From Kudoa neothunni (lineage: Eukaryota; Animalia; Cnidaria), in assembly GCA_964304625.1 (NCBI GenBank), contig OZ199838.1:13087843-13151842 (forward strand): DNA of 64,000 bases, written 5' to 3'. Made by a program: the position numbers and the translations under genes. The notes below the pieces were generated by a model, which was not told the DNA's origin, did not search any database, and saw only the letters and a list, made by a program, of their open reading frames with translations. Within the stretch, counting starts at the first letter, position 1. Each line of letters starts with the position of its first letter. This document shows, piece after piece, positions 26,665-41,481 of the stretch.

Positions 26665-29455
26665 GCTGTGTTATGATTTTATTGGTTGACAATAGTGTTA
26701 AAGCTTAGTTGTTTTCTTGCGTGCCTATTTTAGGATTCTATATTATTTCACAGTGTAGTTTTTGGTAGATGTCTTCCTTTGAAATAGGAACGACGATGAT
26801 TTTTGGTTGTGTATTAATTTAATACCTGGAATTGTAAAATGAAATTCACTGGTAACAGTGTAAGCGTTTTTTAAGATATATAAAGTTTTTGGGATTGCGC
26901 GAATAGGAAGGATGTGTTATCGGTTGTAATGTGGACGAAAGTGTTGTCTGTCTATGTGGTTAAGTCATTAAAAGATGTTTCTGTCAGATCGAATCCGATC
27001 CAGTTTCAAAGGGTTGTCATACGTGTAATAAATGATCTGAGATTAATACTACGCCATTTAACCCTATATGCCAAAATTTTTTGTTTGTGGTCTAAAGATT
27101 ATATATTAGTGGAAACTTTTTAGTTGTTATAATGAATTAAAAAGTTAAAATGCTCAAGAATTTTTTATAAACCATTGTTGTCGAATTATAAGGAAAATGT
27201 AAATTAGATAAAAATTGTACCCATGTAAAAATTTCATGTTGTATATAAAAATGCATTGAACTTATGTTCGTATCTGATTTGTAAGCAGTCTCGTAATGTA
27301 CTCAATATGCTTACATCGATCAATTTTTTTTTACCTGCGCGCCAATTTAGATGACAACTTTGTATGTTCAAAACTATTTCATATCTACAAATATTTAAAC
27401 TTGTAGCTTTTAAGAAAAGGTGCAACATACTGAGTTTTAGTACATATATTTTTTCCATGAATAATTGTCTGCTATAATTATAGATACAGTTATGCTTCGA
27501 TATTGCTAGACTCGATACTGCATAATTTAACTTTATTAACATTATATGCTTAAATAGATAATTCTATAATGAAAATTCAAAATTGAAAAAGCAGATGTCT
27601 AATATACTAAAATGGTTACTTTCTCCAGCATTTGCGTAACTCATTCTTTTATTGTAATCCCTCTAATTTGCTAATTGCACAATAATAAGCATGATTTCGA
27701 AGAAATATAGAGGATAAAACTAGAATAATTGATTACCATAATTCGTTTACGTCTATACTTGGCGCTAAAGCTATAATTATAAATCTTTACGGTTTACCAA
27801 GCAAGTTATTAACTTTATTATTGGTTGATAACTTTAAAATAAGTCACTTATTTCTTGATACAATCTTGTCTAAACAAGGCGAAACAATAAATTCAAAAAT
27901 TGTGGCAACTAGAAATATATTTAAACCCGAAAAAATAGGAAGGTATTGAAAATAACATTCGGAAGTGGATGGTTTCAATGCGAGAAAAAGAATTATTATC
28001 TGGTTTTTGAAGTAACGACAAAGATTCTATTATTGTCAAAAAAATTGTAATCAATAAATTTTAACGGAAGGAACGGGCGGTTGAATAACTTCGGAAGGTA
28101 TTTCGGTCAGGAAAAACTCGAAATTTCATAAATTTAATATTTTCTATGGTGTAGTTTTAAGTTTTTTATATTTTTAAGTACTACATAGTCTAGTTTCTTT
28201 TATTCTAATCTGAGGTATTAGAATTAATTCGAAAATTCATTATAATAGCCAATATTCCCTCCCCCAACGAATAATTTTTGAATTTTAAAATTCGGCTTTG
28301 TCAGTTGGGAGTTAAAGAAATAACACAGGGTGATAAACAGTCTATTGAAGCCTAATTCTACGATAATCTTGAAAATAAATCTATCGATATCCTAATTTGC
28401 GCACAAGGGTAAAAAAGTTAGAACAAGTATCATCATAAACGTTTCTTTAAACAATTTGGGAATAATTATAATTTAGATACATTGGTCAATAATTCGTTAT
28501 GCATACCCCTTTCAGTCTTATTTTGAAAGAGGGTAAACAGCAGTTCCATTAATTTGCAAGTGCAAAGGAATTCGTAGAAGAATAGGTTCAACACAAAAAT
28601 TCTACTATAACATTTATTTTTATTTTAATATATAAATACTTTATATTAAAACCCACTTGTTATAAAAAAATTTTTCATAATTAACTCACTGTTGGTGGTT
28701 AGTTTGATTACTTTCAACATTGAATTTGAAATTTACGTCATTTTACAGAGGTCCACAAGTAGTGTAAGCCCAACTCAGGTTGGGAAGCACTCAATTAAAT
28801 TCTTATCTGAGCTATATTATAAACGGTTTAACCGAGCAACGCAATACCCGGATTCCAAAACGTAGTTTAAAAATTTCAACTTAGTGATAATTAATCTGAT
28901 TAATGATCCAAAATCAACCTTGGAAATGATACTTGGCATCAAACCACGCTAAATTTTAACGATTAATCATATAGTAATGTTTGATGCCCTCGTGGAAATT
29001 AAAAAGAATATACACAGTTGTTCTTGACGATTTTAAGGAAGTTTCATTGCCGCAAATGCGTATTCCAATAGCAGAAAAACGAGTGGTATGGAAAACAACA
29101 AATAATTATAGAAATGTGAAGTTTCAGATCCAGCGCCTATTTGAACCCAGGTAACCAAATCTATTAAAGTTTTTTTCTAGTTGAAAGAACAAACGGGTTG
29201 CGCCCACCTTACCAAAATCTCTGATAACGCTCGATTTGTGCTCTACCAGACCACAATTACTTAAAATAATGCCGACGAAAACCACCCCAAGTGGATTTTT
29301 TAATCGTAACGTAGTGTAAATTCACACTGAACCAGATGAGAACAAATCCAATCACGATTATTTGTTACAAACCAGCCAGATACACGCTAAAAAAATTCAG
29401 TTTCAGTAAAACACACGCCAAAAAATTATTTTTCTATTTAGTTAAGGGCGCTGTT

Positions 29456-30842
29456 TTAAGAGGGCACTCTAGGTTTAGACTTAACGTGGATCAACACAGT
29501 GGACAGTGGAGGCAAATTAAACTCAAGTAAGCCACTGAGTAGGTTGTGAACCAGGAGGAAAGTTTTGAAACAGAACTTTCATAGAGACAGGCTCATTGGA
29601 ATCTTTAAGTGTTTGGAATGTATTGAATGGTGGCTGCATTTTCTCCAGTATTATATAGAGCGGCAATATGTTCAACTAAACCATCTTCAATACACTTTTT
29701 TAGCAATCATTTTCACGTCGGGGGTGGGATTCTACAGAGTAAAAATCGATATCGCAGTTTCTACCGATTTTGGGAGAATGCTGTCTGTAGTTTTTAATGT
29801 TTTTCATGAGAGCAAAAAACACTAGTTTGGAATGAACTGTTGGAATCGAGAGCTTTAGAGTAGTTTGCCGTTAGGGTTGACACCAAGTTCATCCCCAGCC
29901 TTAATAGAGATACCACCGTTGGTGAGGGCCGAAAAAACGAGCGAAGCAATGAATTTTTCTTCTCTGTTTGGGACTCCACTATCCAAGGATTTTAGCGAGA
30001 CAACATTCACAGAAGTGTTGGAGGTAGTTGAATCTTTGAGTGTGAGCACAACGTCCAGTACCAAGATCATATACATCCCTGTATTCATAGAAGGTTCCAT
30101 TACAATTATTTCCAGGCTTATTGATATCATTCGATGACGAAATAGCTGTATAACATTTGAGATCGTGTGCCCAAGCATTGTTATTTCCTTTTGAAGTAAG
30201 GAGAATCTCTGACGGCAATTGAACCCAGAGATCGTGGAGTTTATTTTGTTGAGCAATTCCAAATTGATATCATTTGGTAAATCATCGAGACGCACGACGG
30301 TGGAGATACCAACCTTGATACCTTCCTTGGTCATAGAAAACAAACGATGCCTCGTCATGGTTAGGTTTTGCACTCTGGAATGAGCTCAACGGAAATAATA
30401 ATAGTTTGTATTCCAATTTCTCGCAGGGAACTTAAGTGACTTTTTGATTCCGATAAAGTCTCCAGTTCCATCTCCATCTGAATCTTGAAACTTGTCGACA
30501 GAAATCTCATAACAGAATCCATCACTACATAAATCTCGGTTAATTTCTTGACATACATTCCGTCGTAATACACATATATGTGCAAAGCACCAACAAACGT
30601 AGCCACAATAGCTATTATCAAATCCAAGGGTGAATATTCTCACCACTTTATAGGAAGCAGCTCTATTTTTTGAAGCTTTGCTTGTTGTAGGACGTTCGTA
30701 AGAGTAGTAGATCTTCTTCGGCTATCAAACTCACCATGTTGTGTGTGGTGGTAACGGAATTTTTAGTGGGAGTGGTGGCAATTGCATCCTCCTCCTCTTG
30801 AGGGACCGTGGTCGATATTGGATCGTATTTCTGATCTTTCAT
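29456..30842 (-). pseudogene. SLC3A (rBAT/4F2hc)-like type II membrane protein with GH13-like ectodomain; intronless, about ten frameshifts (pseudogene or assembly error)
   Basis: Switching frames gives a cytoplasmic N-terminus, TM helix LIIAIVATFVGALHIYVY, YEISVDKFQDSDGDGTGDFIGIK-SHLSSLREIGIQTI (GH13 N-terminal signature), ASLVFSALTNGGISIKAGDELG and C-terminal LEFNLPPLSTVLIHV...PS* (TAA at 29456-29458). Confidence 0.75.
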
Positions 30843-33147
30843 ACTATACAAGAAATAAAAAATTCACTGCACCTCCACAACAACGACAAACCTTTAGAGT
30901 GTAACACCTAGAGGGCAACAGTCAACGTGCTAATTCGTATAGAGGCTTTGACTTAATCTAAGGCTTAGTGATTCATCTATAGGATTGTGTGATGCTTCTG
31001 TCGTCCGCTTCTTATCACCCAACTAAATTCAAACTGTAGGTTAAAACGTTTCCTCCAAATGAGGATAATAAAATTTGTCTTAAAAATGTAAAAAGAGAAT
31101 ATTCAGTTCACGCAATACGTTTGATGAGCGTGTTAACTGAGGGTAAATATCTCTCAAATAGGCATTATCGATGTGTAGGCTTTTGTTTAACCGCAAAGTA
31201 CTTATAATATCACGAAAAATTGAACGAAAAATTATTAATTTACGCAATTTTTATTATAAAATTAACCAATTAGTTTTTATCGAGGTCATAAACAATTAAA
31301 AACGTGATCAACAAACCTCAATATACATACCTATCGTTTATTATCAACGCTGCCAACCCAACTAATATCTCCGTATTAAAACACAGGATTAATAATAAAA
31401 AGGGAGACCAAAGAAAAAATCATATTAAAAATTAAAAGATTAAATTACCCGCTCTTTTCCCATCAATCTGTGCTCGCCAAAATTGAAAACTTTCTAATTC
31501 TTATTATGTGTGATTTTCCATCATCTTTATTTAATTGATTCAGTTTATGACACTATTCGATTGAGCCATATCTTAATCTAATCGTATGATCATAAGTAAG
31601 ATTGCAAAATAGACTCAATCACAACCATTAGGGTTACATTCATTTATCTGGTGAGCGATTTAGTTAATAAATATATTCCCATCGGCGTGAGCTTGTTTAC
31701 TTATGCCGCCACCAATAAGCTTAACATTGCCAATTTTCAGTTTAACATAATTAATGCCAATCGAGCTTAGGATTAATAAACTTTTTTGTTGTCAATCAAT
31801 GTCCTATGTGAATTTATTTATTTACTTTGGGGGTAACTAAGCGAGTGTTTATTTTTATTGCAGCGATTTTGCTGGTATTAGGTTTGGCCCCATTACCCTT
31901 TACATCGTTTGTTTATCCCCTTGTTTTTATTAAAAAGCCGTGTAGTTGGCCGTAATTTGGTACCATTCCTAACATAACGTTATGATCTTGTAGAGGAGTT
32001 CTACCAACGTTGAGTCATATCGTCCGCATGCGAATGATGGAAAACTTTTTGACTAGTGTTTAACGGTGCAGGAAAACGCGGACGTATATCGTGTATGACA
32101 CCCTCGAGATAGAAAATGTTTTCTTAACTTTTTGACACGAGATATATTGATCAAATATTTATATTACATTGATTTAAGTTACAGATTGTTGTTTTATGCG
32201 CTGTATGGCATATTTCAAGATGGAAAACGGTAAAGATGTTATCTCCTCATGCAACCTTTAGCGTTCAACAATTATTCTAGTCAGGCAATGCCAACTCTTA
32301 CGTTTGTTTGTGTTCGCGTGCACATAGAAAAATTTGGAAAGCCGGCATGGATGCAACTTTTTTTTCCGGACGTTTAATTTTAGACTCGAAACCATCCATC
32401 TATTTTTTAAGCTTGTTTAATTCTCTGGTACATAGCAGTATCGTTCCGTAAGTTTTTCTACTTTTAAATACTTAATCCGTGAATAAAACTGTTCGCAAAT
32501 TATTTACGCGGTAGAAGTAAATTTAGAAAGTACACTGCACATTAAAATTAGATATTCGAGCTTGAAGGTTTCTTCACTTCGCGTTGCTCGCCGAATAAAT
32601 AACGCTAATCTAGACGTAGAGAACACAACTGATCATAAATTACTCTTCTGAGAGAATTTTATGATTTAATAACATCCATTTATATGAGATTAACGATTTT
32701 TTTTCTACAAAGAATGTCCTTGTAGCTATTTCATGAATATGTATTCCGCACGTTCCAAATTATATTTGTTTTTACCATCTTTATAGATCAGTCATATTAT
32801 TTAAAATCATAAAATTATTATGGAGTAAAATTTATTTTAAAAGAAATTAAACCTAAATAAGTAAAGTGCATATACTAGAAAATATATGAAAGTATTGGAA
32901 TACGCACTAATGACTCGGCATATCGCTTTTAATGAAGGAAACTAAATCGTCATGACAATTGATTGATACGGAAATACTGAATTTTTATCTTCGTTTTCAC
33001 CCAAAAATTAATAAAAAAATTGAAAACTAACAAATGTGTAATTATATCATATAGTTTTGTTGATTTGATATTATATAAAGAAAAAAATATATTTTACACC
33101 AAGAAACCAATATACAGTAAATGAAGCGTGCGCCATTACATGAAATA

Positions 33148-33313
33148 CAATGAACTCTCGACTATTCGGAAATCGCGTTACTTGAAACAAATTATAGATC
33201 GTGTATTTTTTTAATTTAATTGCTAAAAAATGCTAGATTTATTAAAATCTCGCCATATGAAAAGAAAACCGTTCGTGCCAAGTATTCTGGACAATCGAAT
33301 CGGGGTTTCACTG
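33148..33313. mobile_element. pogo/Tigger-type MITE
   Basis: TA|caatgaactctcga...tcggggtttcactg|TA: imperfect CAGTGAAAC-type TIRs with TA on both sides, about 166 bp long. Confidence 0.7.
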
Positions 33314-34153
33314 TATTGCAATTCAAATAAATGTAGCTCAACAAATTATTAATCAAAACTTGAATTTATTTTAAATCTTTTTTAACTACAAAATCAATCA
33401 ATGAACTAAAAACTAAAATAATTAAAACATTAATAAAAGTAGTTTTCTCAATTACAAAATTTTTAGAACTTTGATATCACAACTCTTTACTTTAGCGTAT
33501 ATTATATTTGACTTATTTCCGAATTAAATGATTAATTTATCTATGTTCAGGTTGAATATTTTAAAAAGTATAAATATTTTTATATAAATTGTTAAAAATT
33601 AAAAAATTTCTGTCTAAATTTTATTCATATTAAAGCAAACATTAATAAACAATATAATTAAGGTTACATTAAACGAGATCCCTACCAAACAATGCTTACA
33701 TTAAGTTGGCGTGTTATTTTTTGATAGAATACTCATTTCTTTGCTAATAGAAACTGAGTGTTATAGTAATACTTTAAATAAAATATGAGAAGTTAAAAAG
33801 CAAAAATAACAAGTCGATAAAGGACGAGTTTAACGGTTTAAAATATTATTTTAAAGGGGCGGCAATAAAGCTTGAAAAATCCAAGCAAAATTAATACTAA
33901 AAAATATTTAAAAATTAACAAATTAAAAATAATTACGATTAAAAGTACACAATTAAAATTATTAACGTTTACTTCGATTAAAAACGTTCAACATTTCCGT
34001 GGGGCACAGGTTATTTAAAAAAATGATTCACGGCTAAAAAAACTTGGGGGTACACTTATCTAATTCATTAAGTCACAACTGAAGCAACAGATGACTCACT
34101 CAGTATAATGAAAAAATATATTGGTAATAATTTTGTTATTATCATTCACTAAA

Positions 34154-37100
34154 CTACAAGGGCAAGGATGGTGTTTCTGTGGGAGAAAGATTGAAAGAAG
34201 CAATGTTTTTGGTAGAATACAACTAAGAACAAAAGCAGAACTAAGTTTCAAGTTTGGGATTGATGAAAAGCCACACGTTCACAATGATTATTCTTAAAAT
34301 CGACAGGGGTATTCAAACAAATCGCATATCCTTTGTCAAGATCACATATATGGGACTTGAGAAATGATGGCGAGGAACAATCAAAAGGTTGAAAATGCTC
34401 AAAGTTATGACATTGATTTGACACTGTGAGATCACCAGAATCTGTTAATTTAGCGTCATTAAAAGAATTGTGGGTGACATCCGTTGATGCTTCAGGGGGG
34501 TTACATTTGTTGTTGAGAAATTCATACATTGAGAGAATCTGGTAATTTAATCAATAAATAAGCAACGATATTCAACCAGTCAAACCAACTTGAATAGATA
34601 ATTTTCTTCGTGTGTCTTTGTTAAGCAGGTATTTCTCAAACACATCCAAAAGTTCAGTTTTGGTTATTTTTTTCGCATAGTTCGCCTGTACAAAAAATAA
34701 TTATGATATTTAAGGTAACGATCTCGATATTGGTTTCAAACAGGAACTATACATGAATTTGTTTTATGTCAAATTGAGTGTCATAGTGATCCAGAATGCG
34801 AGATAAGTTTCGTTTCAATTCTTTCGATAGATTGGGCAGATTTTTGGTTTCTTTTGCGCAAAAGCCTGAAATATGTTCTTGGAAATCGTCGGAAGACATT
34901 TTTTTGAATTTTTCGTATATCTTTAAAAGGCAGGCTTCTATACGGTCGTCAACGTATTGTGGTCTAATTAATCATAATCTATGAGAACAAGATGTGAGGC
35001 TGACGATGTACTTAAACTTGCGACAATCAAAGTCAACTAAAACCATCAACTCGTACAATCCAGCATGTTGGGTAATCATTGTGTGCACGGCGTAGCCGAG
35101 TTTTTCTTGAGTCCGTAAAATATCAAAAACCGGGGTTCTGATCATATAGTTAAGAACCATCAGTTTTACGATTTCGAAGTAGTTCACAGGAGGCAACTAA
35201 ATGTATAGAAAAATAAGTGATATGATAGAATTGATTTTTTCGGAAAAAACCAAATAATGAAATACTTTGTAACAATCGATCACAATTGAGTTTTTATCAA
35301 GTTTAAGAATGTTTATATGAGCGAATAACGTATTGGCTTTGGGAAACAGATAGGCAGTTGGCTGGAAAAAAGATAAATTCTTTTATTAAATTAAAAATTA
35401 TTACCTTTAAAATGGAATCGTTGATAGCAATGCTGTTAGTGGCAGGCGATAATTGACATGATAGACGCTGGTTCACATCAGAAATAATTGATAATGCATC
35501 CTAATAGAATTCTATACTGGAAAACAGCAGCTCTCAATAAACCTCATTGGAAAGTGTGCCTTGGAGCAGTCCAATTTTAAAACTTTGGTTCAGGATTGCA
35601 TGTAATGTTTCCTTATTGTTTAAATAAGGAAAACGCTTTTGTATTTATGTTTACTTTCAATGTTTTCAAATCAATCAAATCCACATATTGACACATGTCG
35701 AACATGTTGGTGACATCCATCGAGTACAATTCGGAAATGGAACTAATTTGAAAATCATAATCATTTTCTAAAACCAACGAAAAATACAGCGCAAATTGTT
35801 GTCTGTTACGAATTAAATTCATCAAATCTTTCTTTTTGATATTCTAAAGTGAAATCAGTTATTTGGATGATGTATCAACAGTTTCATTATTAAGCAATAA
35901 ATTGTATGTATAGATACCTTTAAAATGTTAAATTCATTTTCAGTAGGAAACACTTCAAGCATATGATCTATACATATACGAACAAATTTCTAAAAAAAAT
36001 ATGTAAAAATCTGTTAGTCATTCAATAAGAATATGAATATACGCTAAAATTTTGATTGAATCCCTCGAAAGTCATTTCCAAATATCGTTGATTTGAATGA
36101 TAATGGATGCTATATGATAATTCGAATGTGATTAATAAAGTAAGAATTAGTCCGTCGATTGTACAACAAACTATTAGATTACTGATAATCATTGCTTTTG
36201 GCTTGATATAACTGGGTGGTAATCTTTTGACGCCAAAATTTTGACATTATTTTGCATGTAAGCATACTAATTCAAGTAAAAAAATCAGGTCCAATCAATT
36301 AAAAATTACAATAATGCATTGTCTGGAATAACAGGATGCATTTTAGCCTGTGTGTTATCATTCGAATAAAAAGGATTCACAAGAGAAAGTCCCATCACAG
36401 CTAAATTCCAATTCAACCACGGCATAATCCAATCACAATCTTAAAAGTTTTATAGTGCATACATTTTGGCTGCTGAAATTGATTGTCGTATTTATAAAAT
36501 AATTTATACTGGTTATTTTCACAAATCAACGACGGATACTAAAAGGATTGCCTTAAAAATACAACCACACATACAATCGAAACTAACATTATCTAGTTCG
36601 TCCAATGGGTGCAACTTTAGAAAATCAAAGTTATGAACCAAAAATTCGTTAGGAGCAGGTGGATATATAAATTCGCGCGTGAAATCGCTGTTATCCAGTT
36701 GCTTCCATTTTTCAAAGCATTCTGTTGGTATCTTAACCATACCATATTGGGATTCAAAATATTGCGTCTTTTGATCCAGTTCCATGGTGGGCTTTGATGT
36801 CATCACCAAAATAATAGCATTTTCGGGCGTAATACAAGAGAGCAACGTCTTTATATACTAAACACAATAAAATTGACTTCGCGTGGCAGAAGAGTCCGAA
36901 TTAACGACTAACTAAAATTACCTCGGAGTCGTAAGGTGACAATAATAATTCTTCAGTTACATAGTGATTTTTCGGGTAAGTCTAAATTAAATAATGTTAT
37001 CATACGGGAAAATGTGGGTAAACAATCTTAAGTAATTATTTAACATACATGCATATTTATTGAATGGTCAACAACTCTTTCCGACATATCCTCCTGAATG

Positions 37101-39820
37101 GATGTGAAAAATAAGCGCAAATCACAGCCAAATAGATACGTTAGACTTGAAGAGATACCCGAATTGAGCTATATGCTTCAAATCATTCTCGAACCTAAAG
37201 CACATGATAGAGTGAATATGCGGTTAATAATAAATTCAGTCCATTGTTTCACGTACATTTCGCTTGGTTCTTTGGATTTCATTAGATGATTGTACGCAAA
37301 CACGCTGGAAAGGATCTAACGGTAATTTTGTTTAATTTATAATCCAATTGGACACATACCTCATCTATATTTTGAGTTCCCAGATCCTATAAAAATGCTT
37401 AATAATTAACTTGTAATAAAAATTACAGTGAGTTTGAGTTGTAATGTTAAACAGGTCAGATAGACACAGACCTTCTCAACTCCAGCCGTCAGTGAATAAA
37501 TATAATTTCTAAGTCGGATATTACATTTAAATATCTCAGTAATATTACCGTTGTTTAAGAGCATAATCTATAGTACCAACACCTTCATATCCTAGTGTGG
37601 CAGAAATGTAATTGTAACAACTCGACCTTATATAATAAGAAAATAATAGTTGAATAGTGTGACAAAGATTTGAGATAAAATACGTTTTAGTTTCATCCAT
37701 CGGAGGTAATACCCATCGAATATACAGTGTATTTATGTCTTTTATTGATTTCACTATTTTCAGCAAGTCATCTTTTATATAATAAATCCATGCGATTACC
37801 ATAATAAATATGATTCTTTCTATTAGCAAGAGTGAGAGTATTCCAATCGAACATTTGCCTCGCCTTTCTTTGTTTTCTATATTAAACTTTAGTCGGAATC
37901 ATCTAGGCAGTTAATTTTAACAGAAATTTAATATTTCCAAAAAAATTAATTCATGCCAATTAAAAATATTATCAATAACGAATTGTCACTTTAAATAAAA
38001 AATACTAATAATATATCATTAAATAAGTAGTTCCAACGGATTCTTAGTTTGAATTAAAATCATTAAAGTTTAATTCTAAAAATAAAATTAATGGGAATAA
38101 TTATTTATTATAAAATATTATCAAAAACAAATTGCCAATTCAAATAAAATAAAATAAAATATATTATTAATACATCAATTAGTCAGCGATTCCTATTAAT
38201 TCTTAAGTCGAATTAAACCCATTAAAAGTATAATTAATTAGGATAATTTATTCATACAGCTTCCTCCTTTCGAATTAAAATAAATTTTCTTATTTCTCAT
38301 TTATTAAAAAAGTTACTAATTTTGGGAGTATCTAATATAATTATGATTAATTTTAATCTAAAATATAATATCAAACAACAACAAATTTATGAAATTAATT
38401 AACGAATATTGTCAAATTGATCTAATTTAAAAATTAGTTTATTTAAATTGGCAATTAATAAATAATCGAATTAATATAAAAAAAATAACACCATATTATG
38501 TATAAATGTTGTAAAATTACTTGGCGGGAATTTGTTCAAACAACTTTACAATATTGACAACTTCATTTCTATCTAGTTCTAAATTCAAAGTGTAAAAACT
38601 CAAAACTCACATTAACAACCAAAACATGAGAAGAAATTAGATATGGTCAAGCTAGTGTATAAACAAGTGAAAAAATACCTCCAACCAACAAACATGCTGT
38701 CATATTTTCCGACACATAAAACTCATCGAAAAACCCGTACAGTTTAGCGCGCATATCAATATTCTATCAATAGAAACCATTGCAATCATTTATCTAAATA
38801 AATATCAATTTGACATACTTTTTCGGCGGGAATATTTTTAAGAGTTTCTCGGTTTCCGTAGTTGAAATTGGTGTGAGGAAGTTTTCGATCGTATATCGTG
38901 TTAATTACAGAATTGACGTGACTGGCGTTGTTGCTAGTTGCCATCGTGAATTCTGAAATCGAATAAAGTCAATAACAAACAAATACACCACACATACCGG
39001 TATCAACAGCTTCTATTTCTTTGTTGATAGAATTTTTTTTCATAAGAGGGCTTACGAAAAAATTCACAAAACTAAACAAGTCGTCAGAAATAAAGCAATA
39101 AAACTGAAAATAAAGATACATATCAACACCTTCGTACAATTTTTCTTGTGAAATTGTGAAAAAATAACAAGTCTATAATAACAGATCCCAAATCATTAAG
39201 ATTCAACATCACACTAACAATATTACCTTTTCCGAATCAGTAAAAGCATTCATCATACCACCATATTTGCTGATAAATGAGTCGAAATCATCTTCCTTTG
39301 GATATTTTTCACTTCCCATAAACACCACTGCGCACAAATCAGTCATCAATCATGTGAGTTATATTTTTTAAAAAAAATTTACTGTGCTCCAAAAAATGAG
39401 CAAGTCCACCGTATTCGGCAGGTTCATCATTACTTCCAGCGTTAACGGCTAATGAAACTGCAGCCTATTTGCCAAACAAACAATTCCTCTATTTATGTTA
39501 TAACCAAATTTAGACTTACCATCTTCTTAGAAGCACCATCTTCATCAACCACTTTTATCTACAAAAAATAAATATTGAGAAAATGTCCTTTCTTCTTGAT
39601 CTGATTGTTACCTTTTTTTCATTGGTTGTATCAACAACCAACACTTTGAGACCATTTGTCAAAACAAATTCCCTATTATTAATTTATAAATAAATCAGGA
39701 ATGTGAAAACTTATACTCATATATGGCTAGATCATATCTACTTTTGTAGATATCGTTGCAGGTGACAAAACCCTCCTCCACAACCATGAGTTCTTTAGCT
39801 GACGATTGATCACGATTCAT
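34154..39820 (-). CDS. NRDC: nardilysin-like M16A metalloendopeptidase, many short introns
   Basis: LTNGLKVLVV, GLAHFLEH|MVFMGSEKYPKEDDFDSFISKYGGMMNAFTD (HFLEH and MVFMGS are nardilysin-type rather than IDE HFCEH/MLFLGT), LGYEGVG, FDILRTQEKLGY. ATG at 39820, stop TAG at 34154-34156. The exon junctions checked are in frame. Confidence 0.88.
37963..38236. repeat. degenerate ~150-bp tandem duplication in a nardilysin intron
   Basis: aaaatattatcaataacgaattgtca (37963) vs aaaatattatcaaaaacaaattgcca (38112); ttcttagtttgaattaaaatcattaaagt (38041) vs ttcttaagtcgaattaaacccattaaaagt (38200). Confidence 0.6.
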
Positions 39821-40650
39821 TTATTCCTGAATAATATTAATATATGTGGTTATTGTGATGACAGTTCCTATGAAAATATTTAATCGTGACGTAAATAGCC
39901 TATTTATAATTGATCTACTCATGATTATTACAATACATACGAAATCATTGTTTATCTGCCAATAACACAGCTGAAACAGTATTATTGAATTATGGCGTAT
40001 AAATCTAACTAAATTGGTTAAATTGATGTTTTTTGTAATTACTTTAGTAGAATATTCCTATCAGATGACTCAAAAATAATTATTTGTGTAGTTTATTTAG
40101 TATGAGTTATGATATAAGACATTGATTTTAAGGCAAAATCTTTGCTATCAGAATACTACTTTTTAATGGTAGTTTTTTAAACTTGAATAAAATTTCGATG
40201 TTTCTGGAAAAGTGCATTTTCATAATGATGCAATTTTTCCATCTGAATTTGTTATTTTAGTACTCTATGGGTTATAAATCCTCAAATTACATCATCTGTT
40301 TTAAAAATTACGCTCATTTTACGAAAATTCTTTATTATTGTTCGCACATAAAATTAGATAGCTTTAAGGACGAAAATTTTAATGAACTCACGAAACTACA
40401 TGTCTTCACTTGATCCATTGATTAATATGTCTTACAGTATGTAACTGATTTTACACAATCACTTACGGACCACAGGAACAATGTAAAATCGGTTGCACCA
40501 AATTCCAAATTTTGTACGCATCGGCGCGCGCGCGTATAGCAAAATCCCCTTTTCCGAATGTAAAAGAGAAAATTGACGTCTTCTTTATCGATAAAATACA
40601 GATTGTAACATGTGGATTGTAAGGGTTGTCATCCACCAATCACAGGTGCG

Positions 40651-40730
40651 TGATCGAGAGCGGTGCGATATGGCACCACCGCATTTTAGCGAAAAGAACC
40701 CAGATTCAAATCCCGATTCGGGCGTTGTGT
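40651..40730 (+). mobile_element. degenerate tRNA-derived (SINE-like) head
   Basis: A-box-like tgatcgagagcggt and B-box-like gattcaaatccc in a GC-rich island. No complete cloverleaf. Confidence 0.3.
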
Positions 40731-40839
40731 TACACAGATGAATAAAAGTTTTATAAAAGAAAAAAACAGATGACGCTTATTGGCTATTTTGGAAATAAAT
40801 CCATTATTTTGTATTATATCATATTTTGATCCATTATAT

Positions 40840-41481
40840 CAGTGGTTCTAAATCGGGTTTTCAACTTTACCCCCTCGGCCGTGTGAAAAATTCAAATTTA
40901 TGACCTTAACTTAGAAGCCAAATTCTTATTTACTTTAAGGTTTTATACTGGTTTAGCTATGACGGGGGCTATTTTTCCGGATAAATTCTAATCCTAAAAG
41001 ACACGCACGCTTGTGTAATGACAATTTTTAATCCCGTCAATTCTTACTTACGAGCTGCCTACAGATTTAATTTTTAGATTTTTATAAATTTAATTATTTC
41101 TGATCCATTCCTTCACTCTTAAAGCCCATAAATAATTAAAAATAATGAAAACTAGTGGTGCCTGAATATTATTTACAAAGCGAATAGCCATTTCAAGTAT
41201 TTATCATTATTATTATCAGGTTACGTCATTAAAAGATAAACGAGGCATAAAAGAAAGAGGCTGATAGTTTTATAAATAGTCGTTAAATACTTATTCCTAA
41301 AAACATTTTCAGCATTTCTGCCAATATCTTAATTGAGTTTAATAACCCTGAATAATATAACCCCCTATAAATCCTTACGTACTTAACAAACCGCATTATT
41401 GCAAAAATTTCCTGTGTCCAGTTTTTACATCATTTAATTTATCCCCTGCCATCTAAAATTTACCCCTAATTGAGGATCCCG
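40840..41481. mobile_element. hAT (Charlie/Buster-type) MITE, uninterrupted copy
   Basis: Ends are cagtggttctaaatcggg...cctaattgaggatcccg. Flanks cattatat / ccttaaat match at 6/8 with a central TA. The interior is homologous to 13510-13579 plus 14963-15530. Confidence 0.82.

Noticed and set aside
37750-37905. Apparent in-frame TGA or GC donor in nardilysin
   Set aside because: Using the AG near 37878 and a short GT-AG intron gives the clean frame KQRKARQMFDWNTL...IYY|VKSIKD.
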